A stretch of DNA of 64,000 nucleotides. Source: Laetmonice hystrix. Lineage: Eukaryota. Position numbers and translations under genes: made by a program. The notes under the pieces were generated by a model that worked only from the letters and a program-made list of their open reading frames with translations, was not told where the DNA came from and did not search any database. Positions 1-12,416 of the stretch are shown piece by piece. Location: contig OZ249438.1 of the NCBI GenBank assembly GCA_965235115.1, positions 31,992,001 to 32,056,000 on the forward strand, read 5' to 3'. Within the stretch, counting starts at the first letter, position 1, and every line of letters starts with the position of its first letter.

Positions 1-2215
1 GTAACCTGTTTGCTCGAGGCTCCTGTCAACAGCCCTGTGTACATGTGCATTACAACGTGAATACGGCTGTTGACGAGCCATTTTTAATATGATGCCATCT
101 TGAGAAAACAGCCAGTGAGATTCTTTGTTGATTGTTGCACCATGTTTGCATTTAATAACAAAAACCTGTTCAACTGGCATCGGCACGCACGCTCCATCGT
201 GCTCAATTTTTATAAAAACCCACCGTGTCGTCACTTACAATTCCGCGATTTCCCAGATCTATGGCACCGCAGGGTATATATTTGATATTCAAATCGGTCG
301 TCTTTACTGGATGGCCTTCTTTTTTGGTTGTGTGCATGAGTGTGTGTATGTGTGTTCCACCTGATGTTGATCCGCTGAGCATTCATTCCGCACACAGGTG
401 ACCCCCCCCCCCTCTCCCCCTCAACCCCCTACAAAACAAGCCAGTCTACACAGTCCACTGCGAGCTTCATATCACCCCACTAAACCACTAAACCTAAGGT
501 GTATGCTCATGTTAATGATGATCTCCTGTCCGCCCCTGCGCCCCCCTCCTTGGCTAGATTCCTTTGTAGTTACCACTCCTGGAAGTCCACAGTCGGTGTG
601 TACTGTCACCCGACCCGCCCAATCCCAATGTCCGGGATGACCGGTCGCCAGTGGACTGAACTCCAGGCGATTGTTTACCAACGCATCAGGCCCCAGACCA
701 AGGCTGTTCGACCGTCTCAACAGCTCACTGTCTCAATGCCTAGAATTACCCCTGGGCAGCGGAGACCCCCCCCCCCCTCCACCCCACCGGCCCTTCCTTG
801 GTGACCAGGGGAGACGGGTTTGTGCGGTAGATGTATGCTGAATGCGGGCATATTTTGACAGCAAACAGGACAGAGAGGGAGGGTTGTATGGTTGGTCATT
901 GTCACCCACGGCATGCCTCGACACTGGCCCAATCCCGCCGCCCCATGCGGGAGAATGCCTCATAAGTACAGGGGTGACAGAGAATGAGGCCAAAGATTTA
1001 GGCAGGGCACTGGGTTAAGGCTGGTCAACAGTACACTGCACAAATATAGACATTTGGCATTTAGACCCCATTAATGAGGTGCTGGTGAATTCTAACAATG
1101 ACCATACAATGGACGCCAGTATGGGTTGTCTAGCTCCCATTTCTTTGGTTAAACTTCTATTTCTAAAATAGTCTGGATTTTTGATTTGTATATCCGCCTT
1201 AGGGCTGTTATAACCATAACATAATATTTCAATCTGTGATTTTGCTTTTCTCGAGTTCTGGACTGAAAATAGCGCTGTAACTAATTAACTTCTTCTACAT
1301 AAATACAAATAATACCGTCTGTAATAATTATATGAATTACGGTAATTTGAAACAAACAATACTGCCCTATTTTTTTAAACCGAGATTCTCGGCACGATGC
1401 TGAATATACCACGTACTGGCGAGTTTTTATTCATACAAAATCAGTTAGCCACTGCCGCGCATGGCTTCACACACTGAAACAAATCACACTGGCGTTGATC
1501 TCATCCTCTATCTCATAAAACCCACTGATAAAATATGTTTCTAACCCCTGAAGTCGGAGAACTCTTTTATTAAATTCTACATGGAAAGGGAATAAACATG
1601 CAATGTACCGAAGTCCATGAACGAGAAGCATTCTTTTAGATCCCATTAACAAGAAAATGTCTAGGTTGGTTTTGGTTTAACCCCAACCCACTTTGATCTC
1701 TACCTCGACGTAATCAACTCAACGTGATGAAAGCATGGCACAATGTACCTCTCACCTCTCACACCGCATGCCGTAACGGCTTGGAGTTCAAGGTAACATT
1801 AACATTACTTGTGATCCCCAACTCCGTAATCTGCTGCTTTAATTAGTCGGCGTTCACCTTAAAACCTATCAAGGTGAAAACAAACAGAGAAACTTGTCAT
1901 GCTGTTATCGAGCCCGCCGACTGCGGGGCGGGTTGGTATGAGGGTAGGGCACATCGAATTACCTTTTGATGTTTGATACCCCGCCCCTTCAACTACTGTC
2001 CGGCAGTGGTGATAACAAAGCGGGTAAACAGAGGCAAATGGTGCGCCAAGTTCACTCGCATATGTCACACCCCTTTTAACACCCCATTACACCGCTATTG
2101 TTTCGACCCTAACACCCACCATTCAACCCAGTGTTTCCCATAGGGATGAGCAATTATTGAATCTCAGACCCACAAAGGCGCGCCAATCAGGGTTACGTCA
2201 TAAGTGGATTAGATA

Positions 2216-2221
2216 TTTATT
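2216..2221 (-). terminator. Candidate polyadenylation signal AATAAA for the minus-strand terminal exon
   Basis: tttatt on the + strand, about 290 nt 3' of the TGA at 2512-2514. Confidence 0.35.
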
Positions 2222-2511
2222 TCCCAATGGGTTCATTCCTCGACCAGGGGGATTTCCTGCGACCTTTGATGTCCCTGTGTGGTGCCAGGAAATACCCGGA
2301 AATGTTAGGCGTGGTGACCATGGATTGGTTTCCTGGTAGTTCTAGGCGCTAACTTTGAGTCAATCATCAAAGAGTCTGATGTGATTGTGGGTAAACAATA
2401 CTCCTGGATTGAATAACGCGTATTAAGAGACCAGCTGGCGCATTGGGTGTGTTCAATAACCAATACACACAGAGCTAGCCAGCACATCCAGGTGGGAATA
2501 CACCTGCAGTG

Positions 2512-2663
2512 TCAGGACCTGGCAGTTAATGGCTGTCCCATGAACTGGGTAAACACAGGGCAATCCTTCGGGAACAGTGCTCCGGGACAGGTGTTGAGGT
2601 CAAACTGCCAGTAGTCTGGCTGGGTCTTCAGAAAGACCGTCATGAAAACATCCACAAACATAA
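2512..2663 (-). CDS. Probable terminal coding exon, phase 1: (V)MFVDVFMTVFLKTQPDYWQFDLNTCPGALFPKDCPVFTQFMGQPLTARS*; protein family not recognised
   Basis: T-rich acceptor ttttatattgttttatatacacctggtacag. Only one of three frames stays open. 33 of 49 codons end in G/C. AATAAA lies about 290 nt downstream. Confidence 0.55.
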
Positions 2664-4647
2664 CTGTACCAGGTGTATATAAAACAATATAAAAGTCTAT
2701 ATAATGAGTCACAGCGAGGGTAATAATAACCTTTGTAATAGCACAAAGTAATTTTGTGGTACCGTGCTCTACAAGCCTATAGTAGAACTATGTCAGCGGC
2801 TGGTCGATCTAAATTCCAAGGTAAATTGACAATATATATTGTTACCGCCCACAGCTATCACAAACCATCTGGATTCGGTAATCCGATCAGAAGGACAGAT
2901 TCCCATAGCGTCATGGTCCCACATGTACGTCAGCTAGCGGGACTGCGGACCAGGTGGGAGGGCAGGATATGTTATCAAACATCATCAGAAAACGTCTGAG
3001 CACATGGAGCGTTCAAACAGCAGGAACGACCAATTAACCACTTTCTCTGTCATCCCTCCCAAAATATCGACAAACCAGCCACGGATATCGCTTTCATTCA
3101 CTCCAAATGATGGCGGCCCAGGCAGCAGTAATCACTCTACAGTTTGGGAAATGTAACTCCTCCTAAAATCTCTTATCTTTTCACCTGCCGTAAATCCCAT
3201 AACGAACTGTTCAGCTTATGGACACATAAACACATCAAAGCACATGACCCCCGGGAGGTCACCAGTTATCCCCTTATGGAATTATTATTCAGAATTTAAT
3301 GTAAATTAGGTTTTGTTGGACAACGGTCAGCATTGACCACGCCCCGGATTAGACCCGGCCCCCGACCACTAATACATTCCTGGGTGTTTCGTCAAGATGA
3401 CATGTAACATCAAAGGTAATATGCAGATTGGTTAAGCAGGTGGTATTATGTGGACATGGTCTGGTGTTAGGGTGAGTTTTACTGCCACCTGACAGGGCTA
3501 TCACACCTGGCAGGGCCAAGTGGTGATGTACTTCAAAGGGTCAGTGTGACGGTATGATCGTACACCTTGTCGGGTATAGCCTCTTGCCGCCAGTTGTGTG
3601 TTACTGTTAATGGCTTAAGTGAGTTAGTATGATTAAGTTATGGTCAATTATAACGTTACTGATGCCGACGGTGTCGGGTCTAGGAATGCATTAACAGTTC
3701 TATTGGCACCCCGACTTTGATGAGACGCCGGGAAGTCAGGCCCCTTTGATCGGTGAGCAGGGTGAATGGTTGAGAACAATCAGGTTGACTGGGCCAGCTG
3801 CACCCACAACTGACCAACCATTACACTTGATAACATGGGATGTCCTAATTACATGCCGCCGTTACGGAAGCTGGTGGCCGCATCAGTGAGGGCGCGGCAG
3901 ACAGTTAGCATCTGAGCGGCCTTTGATGTCCCACGAAGGTATTGTGCCATCCCGCGGACACCTGCAAGGTAAGGACCCGCACCCCTGGTGGTAAGTGTAA
4001 ACACCAGCCCTGGGAAACAATCCTAGTAAAGCTCAGAGCATTGTTAGGCATTGTTAGGGCTGGTTTAGATGGGCGGGGCATCAAACCCGTCCAGTCGGAA
4101 ACTGCCCCTGATTCACTTTCCTGTGTTTGCCCAGCCTCTGTGATGGCAGCAGTGTGTGAGTAGGTAATGAAAGTGGGAACCCCGGGCCCGGGTAATGAGG
4201 AGGAAGGGCTCGTTAGGGGACACTCCTCTAACGTCGACCTTCTAACACGGCTTGAAAGGGCACATCAAACACCAGAACACAAGGTGTTACATACACAGGG
4301 CATGTACATTACGTTATGTTACAAACCTACACGACATTACAGGGAAATCATAACAGTAGCGGTTAACAGCTATATCAAGTCAGTCATCATTTTCAGGGGT
4401 TCAGCCAATGCCTCGACATTCTTGAGGTCGATATTGCATTATTCAGAATGAAATTAAGAACAAGAATACCCAAACTGGCCTAGTTTAATCCTCTTCCCAA
4501 AATAAAAGAAAAGTGAAGCTTCGGGAAGAGTCGGAATTTCAATCAGGTCTGCACTGGGGAACCTGATAGGTTCCCATTACGGCCACTAGGTGTACCGATA
4601 GAATCTGCAGGCGACTGCCGTGTCCGCCTCCCACAGCGTTAATCCCT

Positions 4648-4697
4648 CCCTGTCCCCACCCCGTCCCCACCCTGTCCCCACCCCGTCCCCACCCTGC
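4648..4697. repeat. 11-bp tandem repeat CCCYGTCCCCA, about 4.5 copies; G-run/G4 potential on the minus strand
   Basis: Alternating ccctgtcccca/ccccgtcccca read directly. Confidence 0.85.
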
Positions 4698-4780
4698 CAG
4701 TCTTTACCTGTCCCAATCCGTGTATCTAGGCGGGATACCATTGAGGGACATCAAAGATAACCAGTGTGTCCCAGACTCAC

Positions 4781-4862
4781 CACGTCCACCAGCCTCCTTG
4801 ATGGCATCACATCAAAGCGCCCAGGTGACAGACACCGCACCCATGAAGGATATTCTCACCCG
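4781..4862 (-). CDS. Candidate internal exon RVRISFMGAVSVTWAL*CDAIKEAGGR with one in-frame TGA; joins in phase 1 to the 2663 exon
   Basis: Consensus donor G|gtgagt and intronic G-runs 83-132 nt downstream. Acceptor aacaatag is weak. In-frame TGA at 4812-4814. Confidence 0.3.
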
Positions 4863-5140
4863 CTATTGTTCTTAGATACCTATCAAGGCCGCAGTGATGG
4901 TGTGACATGGTGGTGGCCACTGGACAGCCGGCTCCGACTCCCTATGGAGTCCTGTATTGTGTCCTCCCATCCAACCATCCGGGCGGCGAGAGGAAGAGTT
5001 GGAATATCCGCCCTGCTGATTGCATTCTGAGAGTGCACCTCCAGACAATGTGAAGCGTGGTGGTGGTGGTCCGGCCGCCTGTGTCCGGGTCCTGGCATGA
5101 GTGGACAAACATGTCACCGGACAGATCACACCCTGATATC

Positions 5141-6042
5141 ACCCGCTGTTATTTATAGTTGGACGTCTCAAAGATGTCCTCGGTACACTCTGGTATAACC
5201 CGCTGTTATTTGTAGTTGGACGTCTCAAAGATGTCCTCGGTACACTCTGGTATAACCCGCTGTTATTTGTAGTTGGACGTCTCAAAGATGTCCTCGGTAC
5301 ACTCTGGTATAACCCGTTGTTATTTATAGTTGGACGTCTCAAAGATGTCCTCGGTACACTCTGGTATAACCCGTTGTTATTTGTAGTTGGACGTCTCAAA
5401 GATGTCCTCGGTACACTCTGGTATAACCCGCTGTTATTTGTAGTTGGACGTCTCAAAGATGTCCTCGGTACACTCTGGTATAACCCGTTGTTATTTGTAG
5501 TTGGACGTCTCAAAGATGTCCTCGGTACACTCTGGTATAACCCGCTGTTATTTATAGTTGGACGTCTCAAAGATGTCCTCGGTACACTCTGGTATAACCC
5601 GTTGTTATTTGTAGTTGGACGTCTCAAAGATGTCCTCGGTACACTCTGGTATAACCCGTTGTTATTTATAGTTGGACGTCTCAAAGATGTCCTCGGTACA
5701 CTCTGGTATAACCCGTTGTTATTTATAGTTGGACGTCTCAAAGATGTCCTCGGTACACTCTGGTATAACCCGTTGTTATTTATAGTTGGACGTCTCAAAG
5801 ATGTCCTCGGTACACTCTGGTATAACCCGTTGTTATTTATAGTTGGACGTCTCAAAGATGTCCTCGGTACACTCTGGTATAACCCGTTGTTATTTATAGT
5901 TGGACGTCTCAAAGATGTCCTCGGTACACTCTGGTATAACCCGTTGTTATTTATAGTTGGACGTCTCAAAGATGTCCTCGGTACACTCTGGTATAACCCG
6001 TTGTTATTTATAGTTGGACGTCTCAAAGATGTCCTCGGTACA
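5141..6042. repeat. 57-bp minisatellite, about 15.8 copies
   Basis: Unit ACCCGYTGTTATTTRTAGTTGGACGTCTCAAAGATGTCCTCGGTACACTCTGGTATA; 19-aa periodicity in the ORF track. Confidence 0.97.
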
Positions 6043-6278
6043 AACGATGTAGCGATATGGAACTCATGCAAGTATGCCAAGACGGGGAAGAGGAACACAT
6101 CAAGTCAAATGGTCCCGGTAAAACCTAACTGGAGGTAGCTGCTTTCCTTCAGTTTTATCGGCTATAAAACACTGAATGGGGGGCGTTGTTCACTCTTTCA
6201 AGCCACGACGGGGAAGAGGAAGATATCAAGTAAAACTGCTGATCAACGACCCCATGTTCTTTCCTGGTTAATGACTAC

Positions 6279-6504
6279 TCTTCTGCATCAGTGTACACGG
6301 GTAATAAAGATCTTCTGTATCAGTGTACACGGGTAATAAAGATCTTCTGTATCAGTGTACACGGGTAATAATGACTTCTGTATCAGTGTACACGGGTAAT
6401 AACGATCTTCTGTATCAGTGTACACGGGTAATAAAGATCTTCTGTATCAGTGTACACGGGTAATAAAGATCTTCTGTATCAGTAGTGTACACGGGTAATA
6501 AAGA
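6279..6504. repeat. 32-bp minisatellite, about 7 copies
   Basis: Unit TCTTCTGTATCAGTGTACACGGGTAATAAAGA; one 31-bp variant and one copy with a 3-nt insertion. Confidence 0.95.
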
Positions 6505-9500
6505 AGCACGAAAGGACCTCGGTGAGGAAGAACCACGATTCCGATTTCCGGCTTTATGTTGCCAGTCCGTTTTTTTCTTCTCAAGGAAGACTTCTGTCAC
6601 TTGCGTTGATTTACTTGTAAGTTTGTGTTGTGAAGTTTGCCCTTCACCCTTGAAGGTCACCTCTCGATCCGTAGGTGACAAAGGAGACTTTGTTTCTCCG
6701 GCAGTAGCTCAATGATAACCCACTACCATTCCAACCTGTCGTGGGTGTCAACTGTCTACATTGTCAGCTCAAGTCACCTACAAAACATGTATAACTATCT
6801 GTAAGATTGCTCCTCGTTTACTCTTCCCATACTACTCTGTTGTTAGGGCATGTAAGACCGAGTCAGTAAGTCGGGTCGTTTTTAAGAATGTCCGGAAATT
6901 CATCCCGTGCCAGATCTTTTTTTGGAAAATGTCGAAATAAATATGTTAGGGGTCTTTTCCTAAATGTACTTCGGTATAGTACGGTTAATTCAGTAAATTA
7001 TGAACAGTTAGTTCCTTACATCCAATGTATTGGGTTGAGATACATCGAGGGTGACATCTCATTTCAAAATCCAGAATAAGGAAAAGAGGGAGCTGCTAAA
7101 ATTTGGATCACCATAAAATCAAGAAAACTTTGACAGAAGATACACCATTATCGAATTATCGAGCTGCTTACAGCAATCCGTCGCTTTTAGATATCATGTC
7201 AGCAAATGGTACATTCCCCATGGAAGCATCCAAGCACTATTCCTCGCCCTAAACCTTATCCTGACACTAAAAGTCTATGTCCTTAGGCCTCTCCGAACCC
7301 TAAGACCCCCTCCCCCCACCCCCCGGTAATTTCGTAGGAATACTACCACTGGGGCGGTGACCACTGCCGTCTGTCTGTACGTCCCCACTACCGCCACCTA
7401 CACGTCACTGAGAGCGGTGAGCCGACTGCCTATCGGAGCGCCCCCTACACGCCGCTATTGGTGAACTCTGGTGACAAAACTGAAGGTTGAAATGATCCAA
7501 ATTCCTGCCAGATTGCAAATATTGATTTCCGTATATTATACCCAATGTCAATGTTACCGTAGTACGCCAAGGGGTCTTGCATGTCAAACAGTAATGATTT
7601 TTTTTATACAAAACATTTAATAATAGCATATTCATCCTTTCTTAACGCACACCATCAAGGTCCAGTTGGCCCTTGCTGGAAACTTTTAACAACGCAATAA
7701 TCCTAAGTATTTTTCACTCCTTCCCTTGCCTTATATCAGGTAATAAGACAGGTACATTTGTAAACTTATGACAGCGATATTTTACGCCTAAAAACACAAA
7801 GAGGCACTGTTTACAAGATATCCGTTATTGGAATTTAACGGAAGTAATCTTATTGCTAACAAACGGATGGTGATGCTCCAATTCCCAACAGTTCACCCTA
7901 CTCAACTACAACAGAAAATGTTCGTGATTAGGTAACGATGGGCCTAACAAGGATTTCCATGAGAGCTAAGAGCATGACACGCGGGATTCTATTTCAAGTT
8001 AAAAGTTATTTTAGATTCTATAATTTTGCATCATTCAACTTAAATCAGGAACTCGATCACTTCCTCGTTATGGCTTGTATTATAGTTAATTGTATTTATT
8101 TATAATTTACATTTTGCCCGATTTATTTCCAGCCTTCATCTGCCTAACGTTGCCTAAAAAAAGAGTTTACCAGGATTTTGAATAAAAGTTTTTGAATAAA
8201 AGTTTTCAGATAAGCTGAACATAGAAAGGGTCGCCAGTGCAGCCCGTGATAATGTTACCACATCTAGGATCAGAAAATTGGTCGCTGTGATTCCATCTCT
8301 TGAGGATGTACCCTTTGCTGTTCACACCCCCTTGGATTTACCCGATTACCGTATTACACTGCATGGCCATGGAAGTAAAGTGGTAAAATGACCGAAATAT
8401 GTCTTTGATTTTATTTTCAGTACACACATGCGCAGAGAGAACTTCCCGTGGCGTGGCGTCCTTAGAACACACCATTTCAGTCAAGTTTACAACGTGATTA
8501 GGCTGGTCAACACGTGGATCATAAATATCCCATGGGGCAATACGTCCCGATCACCTGCTCCCAGCCCACTACCACCGTCTTACCGGGTGGCAGCCAGGGG
8601 TGTTCCCAGCTGGGGGCGTATAGTGACGCTCAGATCTGGAGGCCCGCTGCCAGCGCCAATACAGCGAGCCTTTCGTCAGTGTCCAGGTGTCTCTATCATG
8701 TCAATTCACATAATAACAACTGCGATTACATCTACAGATATCCTTGTGATCTGATAGCTAACCAGAGACAGGTGTGATGTGGAGGGAGGGGGGGGGGGGT
8801 TCTGACAGCCGGGTGGGCCCGCCATGAAACTCCTCCTGACAACTTCAGATGGAAACGTCTCGTATATATAGAAAAGAAAACTCTCTACGACAAACAACCA
8901 CATATGGAAATTATATGTACACCTATTTATTCTGGTGAAAGTTGACAAGGCTTGATAACATCCGACTTTTCATCTTTCAACTGACCGCTTGGTGAAACCC
9001 TAGACTGCATTTGTCGCTGGGGAAAGTGGTTTCTGAGATCAGGTCGACGAGTATAGTGGACATATGTGCCACAATAATACTTCATAGAAATTATTATACA
9101 TTCATGAGCGCGCTTAGCTTTTGGAACTTAAAAAAGGGAAGAAAAAAACAGTAGTCTCATTTGTGGCTACATGTATACTCATTAAAATGATAAAATAACC
9201 CAGGATTAAGGGTTTAAAAAAAATCAACTTCAGTAAGGATTGCAAGGTTCACTTGGTATGAGTAGCAACTCCTGATGCTGATGTGTGAACTCTACAAATG
9301 CAAGTCACTTGAGACTCTCTCTAACCGAGGTCCCTGAATCCATTTTTTCCCACTTTAGATGTTGTAACGATAAGCCTAAGCCTGCGGCCTGTTGACAGCT
9401 GGCTGCTAGAGGAAAGTTTTATCCGACGTTCTTCACTGACTGTCATCTGGTTGTGTTCAGTGCCGTATTTCGCTGACCTGATGGCGAGGTTACCTCGGTT

Positions 9501-10059
9501 ATTAAGGCGCCAGCATCGACCTGTAGGCGAGCAGCCCCGCGACGCCTGAGGCCAGGAAACGAATCACCTAACCCTGCCCCTGGGTACCTGTGGGTACCTG
9601 TCCCACCCCCTAGGGGGTGACCCTAACACCCCCATCCCCAGGCTCCCGTCATATTTCCATGCGCCCCTGGTGTCGCCTCCAATCACCGTTATTCCGTTTT
9701 GAGTGGGGTAATTCCTGTCTCCTCCCCTGGAACTGATCAGGTACGACTTGGGTGTGTAATTCACCCCGTGTGGTCCATGAGCAGGGTCCCTATCCACCCC
9801 GCCCCAGGGTGGAGGGCGGGAGGGAGGAGGGGTGGAGCGACAAGGGTACAAGTGACGATTCAAACAGGCCCGCCTATACACGCCGTCACTAATCCGCTCA
9901 TAGCCCGTGGGTAGCACTGACACATGCCAACGGTAATCTGTTAACCTTGGTCGTACAGGGTCCCAACGGTCGGCAGAAAACTTCATTCAACTGCTGATTG
10001 GTGGAATTCCTAACTGACCCGCCTGACACCGTCCCCAAGTGGAGGGCTATGGGCCGACC

Positions 10060-10143
10060 AACGGGGGTGTCATGGCAACAAACGGGGGTGTCATGGCAAC
10101 AAACGGGGGTGTCATGGCAACAAGCGGGGGTGTCATAGCAACA
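10060..10143. repeat. 21-bp tandem repeat, 4 copies
   Basis: AACGGGGGTGTCATGGCAACA x3 plus one variant copy. Confidence 0.95.
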
Positions 10144-12302
10144 GTCCGCGACCCACGACAAGTACAATTCATAGTCTTAGATGGTCCAACTAAGATTTTA
10201 TTACAACGGCGGTTTAAACACAAAACCGTTTTCACACAATTTCGATTTATAGAAAAGAAATAATAATTGTGGATAAATGAAAAAAAAATCTATAGCCGTC
10301 CAATGGTGAGTTCCGTGTGCATGAGATACATGGATCAGTGATACACCATGACGAATCTGGCAGGTTGTTGCCGGTAGACTGACGCCCTCAGGTGTGCACC
10401 TCGCCATACACCCCAGGGGGCGCTACGAGTGCAATATTAAAACACGTCATCCGGTGATCGCTCCTCACTGTCAACTAATTAACCACATTGTTCCTACTCA
10501 TAGAACGGGCTAATAATCCCTGGGATTAAAATTAAAGGCACACTAAATTACAATACAATAATTACGACATATTTTTAACTTGACAAATGGCATACATTTA
10601 AAAAACCAAACATGTCATAGTGGTTGAGCGCACACTCAGGGGGACATCATGTGAAAGCGAATGTCCTGGCTGCAAGGTTTAACAACTATTAAGAATGTTT
10701 CCTTCTATACCCTACCCATGGTTTAGTAACACCATACACACAGACTGCCACCATACAGATAACAGCACGCTTGAGTCCACTACCTACCTGTAATTAGTGC
10801 CCTCTCACCTGGCAGCTACCCCGGTAAGAGGCTTGTAATTATCAATGTAATCTACCCACAGCTCAGGCTGACAACAAACAACTCATTCTTGCCTTAGTCA
10901 CAAACACACATTCAACTTGCCATACATGTTCATTAGAGCTTTCACCTTGGTTTTTATGGATCAAATTTTCCTCCTGCCTAAAGTAAATTGTTATGATTAG
11001 AATCTTGGACCATCAGTCTTTCATCAGATAGTTCGATGGCTGGCATGTGGAGGGACACTAAACCTTGGACGAGATGGAAAACGACGATTAGCGGAGATAA
11101 ACGACTGTGGTTTGATCAGTGAGACTGAGAGAACAAACATGTACTGTTTCTGTAGAATCCGATCTTCCAGCACCTTCTCTACTTCCTTGTTGTTCAATAC
11201 TTCTCAACTAACTGTAGTCATTTGTTACATCACAGCAGGTACTCTCCGACATCACACACCACTGTCCTCAGTGTCTAAAGTGTGTTGAAGCTCTAAAGCA
11301 TAACGTTCATTTCTTGAAGTATAACCGCCAACATCTTTCTAATGGGAATACATAAACTACGCATACTAACACTCCTTGGGGCCTCCTCTGATCTACCATA
11401 AATTTCTCTCTTCCTCCTCACTAAAGTAAACTTTGTTTGGGGTAGATGTGTGATGGGGTGTGTCTCCGTTGGAACCTTGCCTCGTGCAGTCACACATAGA
11501 ATCATGCTGTTGGTTTTAAAAAAGCCACGCTGATCTCCCGCCAATTCACCATTGAAGTCTATACCGCCAGTCATTAAAGCATACATGTCCGACCGCTACA
11601 GTTTACCTATGGTATTTTCCTTCAGCCGTTACCAAGCCGTCCTCCAGGAACTAGCCATTGCAGCCACCCACGCCGTATGTCGCGTGCATGACGTCTCCAT
11701 TGTCTAGTACAGCCTTGATGCGGTTGTCGTGCCGACTTACCGGGTTTGTACCTACCTGCTCACCCAGTATAATGAGGCAAAAATGCGTGGGTGGATATTC
11801 GCTTGATCGCACCTTCCCAAAGAGAATTTTCCTCCCAGAAAAAGTATTCTCTTGGAGGACAAAACCTTTGGCTGGGCCAAGCGTTTGCGGTTTCTGGCCA
11901 GAATAACGCCACCGTTCTACCTGCCAATGATGAATCCGTTATCTCTGTCCGCAAAGTCAACCAGGCAACATGATATATCATCTTTGTTGATAAAGAAAGC
12001 CATATCTAGGAAGTATATTATTATTAATGCATGTGACAGAATGTGCAGCTGGTTTTCTTTTCGGAATAAGGATTTCCATCAAAATTAACTGATTCCCTTG
12101 TTCCATCTGTGTCCATACGCTCTTCAAATTTATAGCAATGCCTACAGCAGGCAAATAATGAGTAGAGACATAGTCAATCAATTTGTCTTTTTTTTTTTTA
12201 AAGATGCATATCCTATATACTTCACTTTTCTTGACCATATGTTAAAATTCAAGCAATTGTACGGTTTATAAAAATAGACAAATGACACGCGTCAGAATAT
12301 TT

Positions 12303-12416
12303 TAGGGATGCTGCACAAATAGGGAAAAGTAGGAATTTTAATCCAAAAATAGGAGTAAATAGGAATTATGCTGAAAAATAGGAAAAAATAGGGGAAAAAA
12401 GGAACTTGACACCCTG
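12303..12416. mobile_element. Degenerate short MITE-like remnant with internal AATAGG repeats
   Basis: About six (A)ATAGG motifs. Right end ACTTGACACCCTG is a hAT-like CAGGG terminus on the minus strand; left end TAGGGATG is diverged. No TSD seen. Confidence 0.35.

Noticed and set aside
1200-1370. hAT-like TAGGGC...GCCCTA ends
   Set aside because: Only 9/12 match and there is no 8-bp TSD
1860-2511. SECIS element downstream of the terminal exon
   Set aside because: The AUGA motifs I checked lack a complementary 11-12 bp helix with an AA loop; a covariance-model search is still needed
5139-6138. 319-aa and 273-aa ORFs, the longest in the window
   Set aside because: They are read-throughs of a 57-bp (19-codon) repeat on opposite strands, start at non-ATG codons and have no unique domain
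9604-9619. Perfect 16-bp palindrome CACCCCCTAGGGGGTG
   Set aside because: About one is expected by chance, and it is low complexity
10612-10690. tRNA or SINE A-box-like TAGTGGTTGAGCGC
   Set aside because: No B-box and no cloverleaf
11030-12090. Cluster of short ORFs suggesting a decayed transposon or kinase gene
   Set aside because: No complete diagnostic motif (DDE, YADD, HRD/DFG) and too many stops to link the frames
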